Shown piece after piece: positions 60,320 through 64,000 of a stretch of 64,000 nt of DNA. A program made the position numbers and the translations under genes. The notes below the pieces were generated by a model. The model saw only the letters and a list, made by a program, of their open reading frames with translations. It had not been told where the DNA came from and did no database searches. This DNA comes from an uncultured Chloroflexia bacterium (lineage in GTDB: Bacteria; Chloroflexota; Chloroflexia; Thermomicrobiales; UBA6265), in contig CAVRUC010000013.1 in assembly GCA_963724295.1 (NCBI GenBank), forward strand, positions 352,001 through 416,000, written 5' to 3'. Each line of letters opens with the position of its first letter. Position 1 is the first letter of the stretch.

Positions 60320-60633
60320 CCCGGACACGACCATTTGCTGAACTCGCGGCGGAGGCTAAGGCCGATCCGATCCGGCGAGCGCGGATAGCGACGTACAAGC
60401 GAGCGATGCTGGACGCGCTCGCGTTGGCGGAACTTCGCGGGCAACGAGGCATCACGCAGCGGGACGTGGCTGGTAAGCTCGGCGTGACGCAGGCGAACAT
60501 TTCGCGCATTGAGCACGAAGAAGATCTCTACCTTTCCACGTTACGTAGCTATGTCGCGGCACTCGGTGGAGAGCTGGAAGTGAACGCCGTGTTTCCCGAC
60601 GGCAAAGTCGCTCTCGTTCCGGCCGAGGGGTAG
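60316..60633 (+). CDS. XRE-family HTH antitoxin (HigA-like)
   Basis: LAELRGQRGITQRDVAGKLGVTQANISRIE...LSTLRSYVAALGGEL. Confidence 0.9.
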   Translation: MTRTRPFAELAAEAKADPIRRARIATYKRAMLDALALAELRGQRGITQRDVAGKLGVTQANISRIEHEEDLYLSTLRSYVAALGGELEVNAVFPDGKVALVPAEG

Positions 60634-60758
60634 CGATCTCGCCTCAACGGCGCTCGCCTGGCGTCGCGGCGGGCATCATGACATCGTTCTTGCTGGCGCC
60701 GGCGGTGCAGCGACGGCTGGTTGGGAGTCCGGCGTACCCACAATAAGGAGGGAGCGAC

Positions 60759-61955
60759 ATGAGTGACGCGCATCGGCTGACCCGGCGTTCGGCGCTGCTC
60801 GGCGCCGGTGTGGCCGCGGCTGGTCTGCTCGGTGGCCCGAGCAGAGCTACTGCCTCCCAGGCGACACCGCAAGCGACCGCTATCTCGCGGGTGCCGCTGT
60901 GGCAGACGGCATGGCAGCGCGGCATCGTCTTCGGCACGTCGGCGGCGACCTGGCAATTGGAAGACCCGGACTACGCTCAGCTCGTCGAGCACGAGGCGGC
61001 GATCCTCTTCACCGAGGACGACCTGCTCTGGTGGCGACTGCGGCCGACACCGGAGTCGGAGCTGGACTTTCAGTACGCCGACCAGTTCATGGCCTTCGCG
61101 GAGCGGAATCAGCAACTGGTTCTGGGCGCTCATCTGGTCTGGGACGAAGGGTTCGGGGAGGATTGGACGGAGGACGACCTGTGGGGACTGGACGAGGAGT
61201 CCGCACGGCGTCTCCTCTTCGACACGGTCGAGCAGGTGGTGGGGCGATATCGCGGCCGGGTGGCCGGCTGGATCGTCGTCAACGAGGCCATCGACGCCCA
61301 TGAGGAGGATGGACTGCGCCGGGACTATCCCTGGTACGAGACCATCGGTCCCTCCTACATCGAAGAGTCCTTCCACATCGCCCACGACGCAGATCCCGAC
61401 GCGACCCTGCTGCTCAACGAGTTTGGATTCGAGACCGACGATGAGTTCGACAGTGCCGCCGACAAGCGGGCCAAGGCGCTGCTGGTACTCGACCAGTTGC
61501 TCGACGCCGGCGCTCCGGTGCATGCGCTCGGCGTGCAGGGGCACCTCGAGGCGGATGGCTTCGCCGAGAAGTTCGACGCGGCGGGGTACCAGCAATTCCT
61601 CTCCGAGGTGGCGGATCGGGGCCTGCAGATCCTGATTACCGAATTGGACGTCCTCGACGACGGTCTACCCGCCGATAGCGCCGAGCGAGACGTCGCGATT
61701 GCCGACGCCTACCGGCTCTACCTCGATACGGCCCTTGCCGAACCAGCCGTCGCCGCTGTCATCACGTTTGGGCTTTCCGATCGCTACACCTGGCTCCAGG
61801 AGGACTACCCGCGGGAGGACGAAGAGCCGCGCCGGCCGCTGCCCTTCGACGAGGAGCTGCAACCCAAGCCCGCCTACGACGCCCTGGCCGGCGCCCTTGA
61901 AGAGGCGGTCGACCGCGATCCCCTGTGGCAGGTGCAAAAAGCTTCGAGCACTTGA
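60759..61955 (+). CDS. GH10 glycoside hydrolase (endo-1,4-beta-xylanase-like), Tat-exported
   Basis: TRRSALL signal; HLVW, WIVVNEA (acid/base), GVQGH, ITELDV (nucleophile). Confidence 0.9.
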   Translation: MSDAHRLTRRSALLGAGVAAAGLLGGPSRATASQATPQATAISRVPLWQTAWQRGIVFGTSAATWQLEDPDYAQLVEHEAAILFTEDDLLWWRLRPTPESELDFQYADQFMAFAERNQQLVLGAHLVWDEGFGEDWTEDDLWGLDEESARRLLFDTVEQVVGRYRGRVAGWIVVNEAIDAHEEDGLRRDYPWYETIGPSYIEESFHIAHDADPDATLLLNEFGFETDDEFDSAADKRAKALLVLDQLLDAGAPVHALGVQGHLEADGFAEKFDAAGYQQFLSEVADRGLQILITELDVLDDGLPADSAERDVAIADAYRLYLDTALAEPAVAAVITFGLSDRYTWLQEDYPREDEEPRRPLPFDEELQPKPAYDALAGALEEAVDRDPLWQVQKASST

Positions 61956-62024
61956 CCCACTGTCGTATGATCGCCACGTCACCGAAAATTCATCGCAGAG
62001 CGAAGAAGCGAGGAGGAGCACGAC

Positions 62025-63873
62025 GTGGCCGAGAAGCGCAGGCTCTGGAAGGCCTATCAGGATCTCTGCGCGGGGCGAATTTCGCGCCGCGGCTTTCTGC
62101 AGCGGGCCGCCGCGCTCGGAGTGGCGACTCCGGTCGCTCTGGGTCTGCTGCGCCTGACCGAGGTCGCCGCCCAAGAGGCGACACCCGGCGCCGGCGCGAT
62201 GGATGCTCCGCCCTCCTCTGGCACAGAGGATCAGACGCGCGGCGCCGGAGGCGAGCTGAAGCTGCTGCAGTGGCAGGCGCCGACGACACTGAACATGCAT
62301 CTGGCCGGCAGCTTCAAGGATCAGCTCGCCGCCTGCCTGGTCACCGAGCCCTTGATCCACTTCCTGCCCGACGCCACGCCCATCCCCTGCCTGGTCACGG
62401 AGGTCCCGTCGCAGGAGAACGGGCGGGTCGCTGCTGACCTGCTGACCGTCACCTATAGCCTGCAGGATGGGATCGTCTGGAGCGATGGCGAGCCGCTGAC
62501 CGCCGAGGACGTGGTCTTCACCTGGAAATGGATCATCGATCCGGCCAATCAATCATCCAATGCCGCCGTCTATGAGGCGATTGCCTCGGTTGACGCTGTC
62601 GACGATCTGACGGTGAAAATCACCTTCAAAGAGCCGCAGCTCGGCTGGAACAGCTACTTCTCCTCCGCTCAGTTTGGAGGCATTTTGCCGGAGCACATCC
62701 TGGCGGCGGGTGGAGACGCCGGCGCCAATTTCGCGGTCAAGCCGATCGGCACCGGACCGTATGTCGTCGATTCCTTCGTGCCGAACGACGCGGTCCAATA
62801 CTCGATCAATCCGAACTACCGCGAGCCGAACAAGCCCTTCTTCGCAACCGTCAATCTCAAGGGCGGCGGCGACGCGGCCTCAGCGGCGCGCGCCGTCCTG
62901 CAAACCGGCGACTGGGACTTCGCCTGGAATCTCCAGGTCGATCCAGCGGTGTTGAAAGATTTGGCTGAGAGTGGCCAGGGCGACCTGGTCATCATCCCCG
63001 GCACGGCCGTCGAATTCCTCACCCTCAACTTCTCGGATCCGAACAAGGAGGTCGATGGCCAGCGGTCGCAATGGCAGACGCCGAATCCAGTGCTCAGCGA
63101 CAAGGCCGTGCGCCAGGCGCTCGCGCTCGGTGTCGACCGGCAGGCGATCTCCGAGAACTTCTACTTTGGCCCCCCGGGCGAGCCGCCCGCGTCCAATATT
63201 CTCCTCGGCATCCCCGGCGCCACCTCACCCAATACGACCTGGGAGTTCGACCTCGACAAGGCGAACGCCTTAGCTCGACGGGGCGGGCTGGGTGAGAGAC
63301 GGGGACGTGCGGCAGAAGGATGACGTGCCCCTGAACCTCACTTACGCGACCAGCGTGAACGAGGTCCGGCAGAAGACGCAGGCCCTCATCAAGAGCGATT
63401 GGGAGAAGTTAGGAGCCCAGGTCGAGCTGCTGCAGATTGACGCCGGGGTCTTCTTCGACACCTCAGCCGGCAACGACCAGAACTTCTATCACATGTACTG
63501 GGACATCAGTGAGTATGCCTGGAGCCCAGCCGGGCCTTATCCGCTCTCGTACATGCTGCGCTGGGTCAGTCACAACGGTGAGAACATCCCGCAGAAGGAG
63601 AACGGCTGGGCGGCGGTCAACGAAGCCCGCTACAACAACCCTGAGTACGATGCGCTCTACGACCAAGCCGCCAGGGAGACGGATCCGGAGAGGGCCGCCG
63701 AGCTCTTCATTCAGATGAATGACATGCTCATTGACGACGTGGTGGTGATTCCGATCGTGCAGCGGGCGACGGAGAAGTATGGAATTATCAAGACGCTGAA
63801 CAAGGAGAACATCGCCGGCGGTCCCTTCGACGCGCTCTACTGGAACATCGCGAACTGGAATCGTACCAGCTAA
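62025..63873 (+). CDS. Peptide ABC transporter substrate-binding protein, Tat-exported (frameshift ~63270)
   Basis: SRRGFL, WSDGEPLTAEDVVFT, PIGTGPY, AVRQALALGVDR; C-terminus WNIANWNR in 63292..63873 frame. Confidence 0.9.
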
Positions 63874-64000
63874 GAGTGGTGACATGAGGAAGGTGTGATC
63901 CTGGGCCCATAGGCGAACCGCAAATTGCAGGATGCTCGTTCTGCCGCGCCTCAGCGGGATGTTGAGGGGATGCTCTGTGGACCGTTGAAGACGTCATCGG

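Overview
High-GC (~67-70% by spot counts) bacterial window. Gene families, Tat-exported substrate-binding proteins, LuxR-STAND ATPase, archaeal-type ProRS and intergenic repeat style suggest Chloroflexota, probably Thermomicrobiales (inference, no search run). About ten genes carry single-base frameshifts, most consistent with uncorrected long-read indels. Most of the window is accessory metabolism and transport. Five things stand out. (1) A ~600-nt non-coding, promoter-driven, heavily base-paired RNA candidate at ~50171-50770 has seven GCAA-tetraloop hairpins and six nested long-range helices; it lies directly upstream of a short MerR-type HTH gene and a wHTH + DnaD-C-like + DnaA-domain-I fusion protein, a possible undescribed RNA/replication-initiator module. 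(2) A second stand-alone ~180-nt structured sRNA candidate with a near-consensus promoter at ~47130-47344 (-). (3) A low-GC, >=666-aa Zn-finger ORF missing from the ORF track runs off the left edge (candidate defence protein). (4) A structured non-T-box leader with a uORF precedes proS. (5) A pentameric-ligand-gated-channel-like membrane protein and an amidohydrolase+Rieske oxygenase-like operon. No rRNA, tRNA, CRISPR array, integrase or transposase was recognised.
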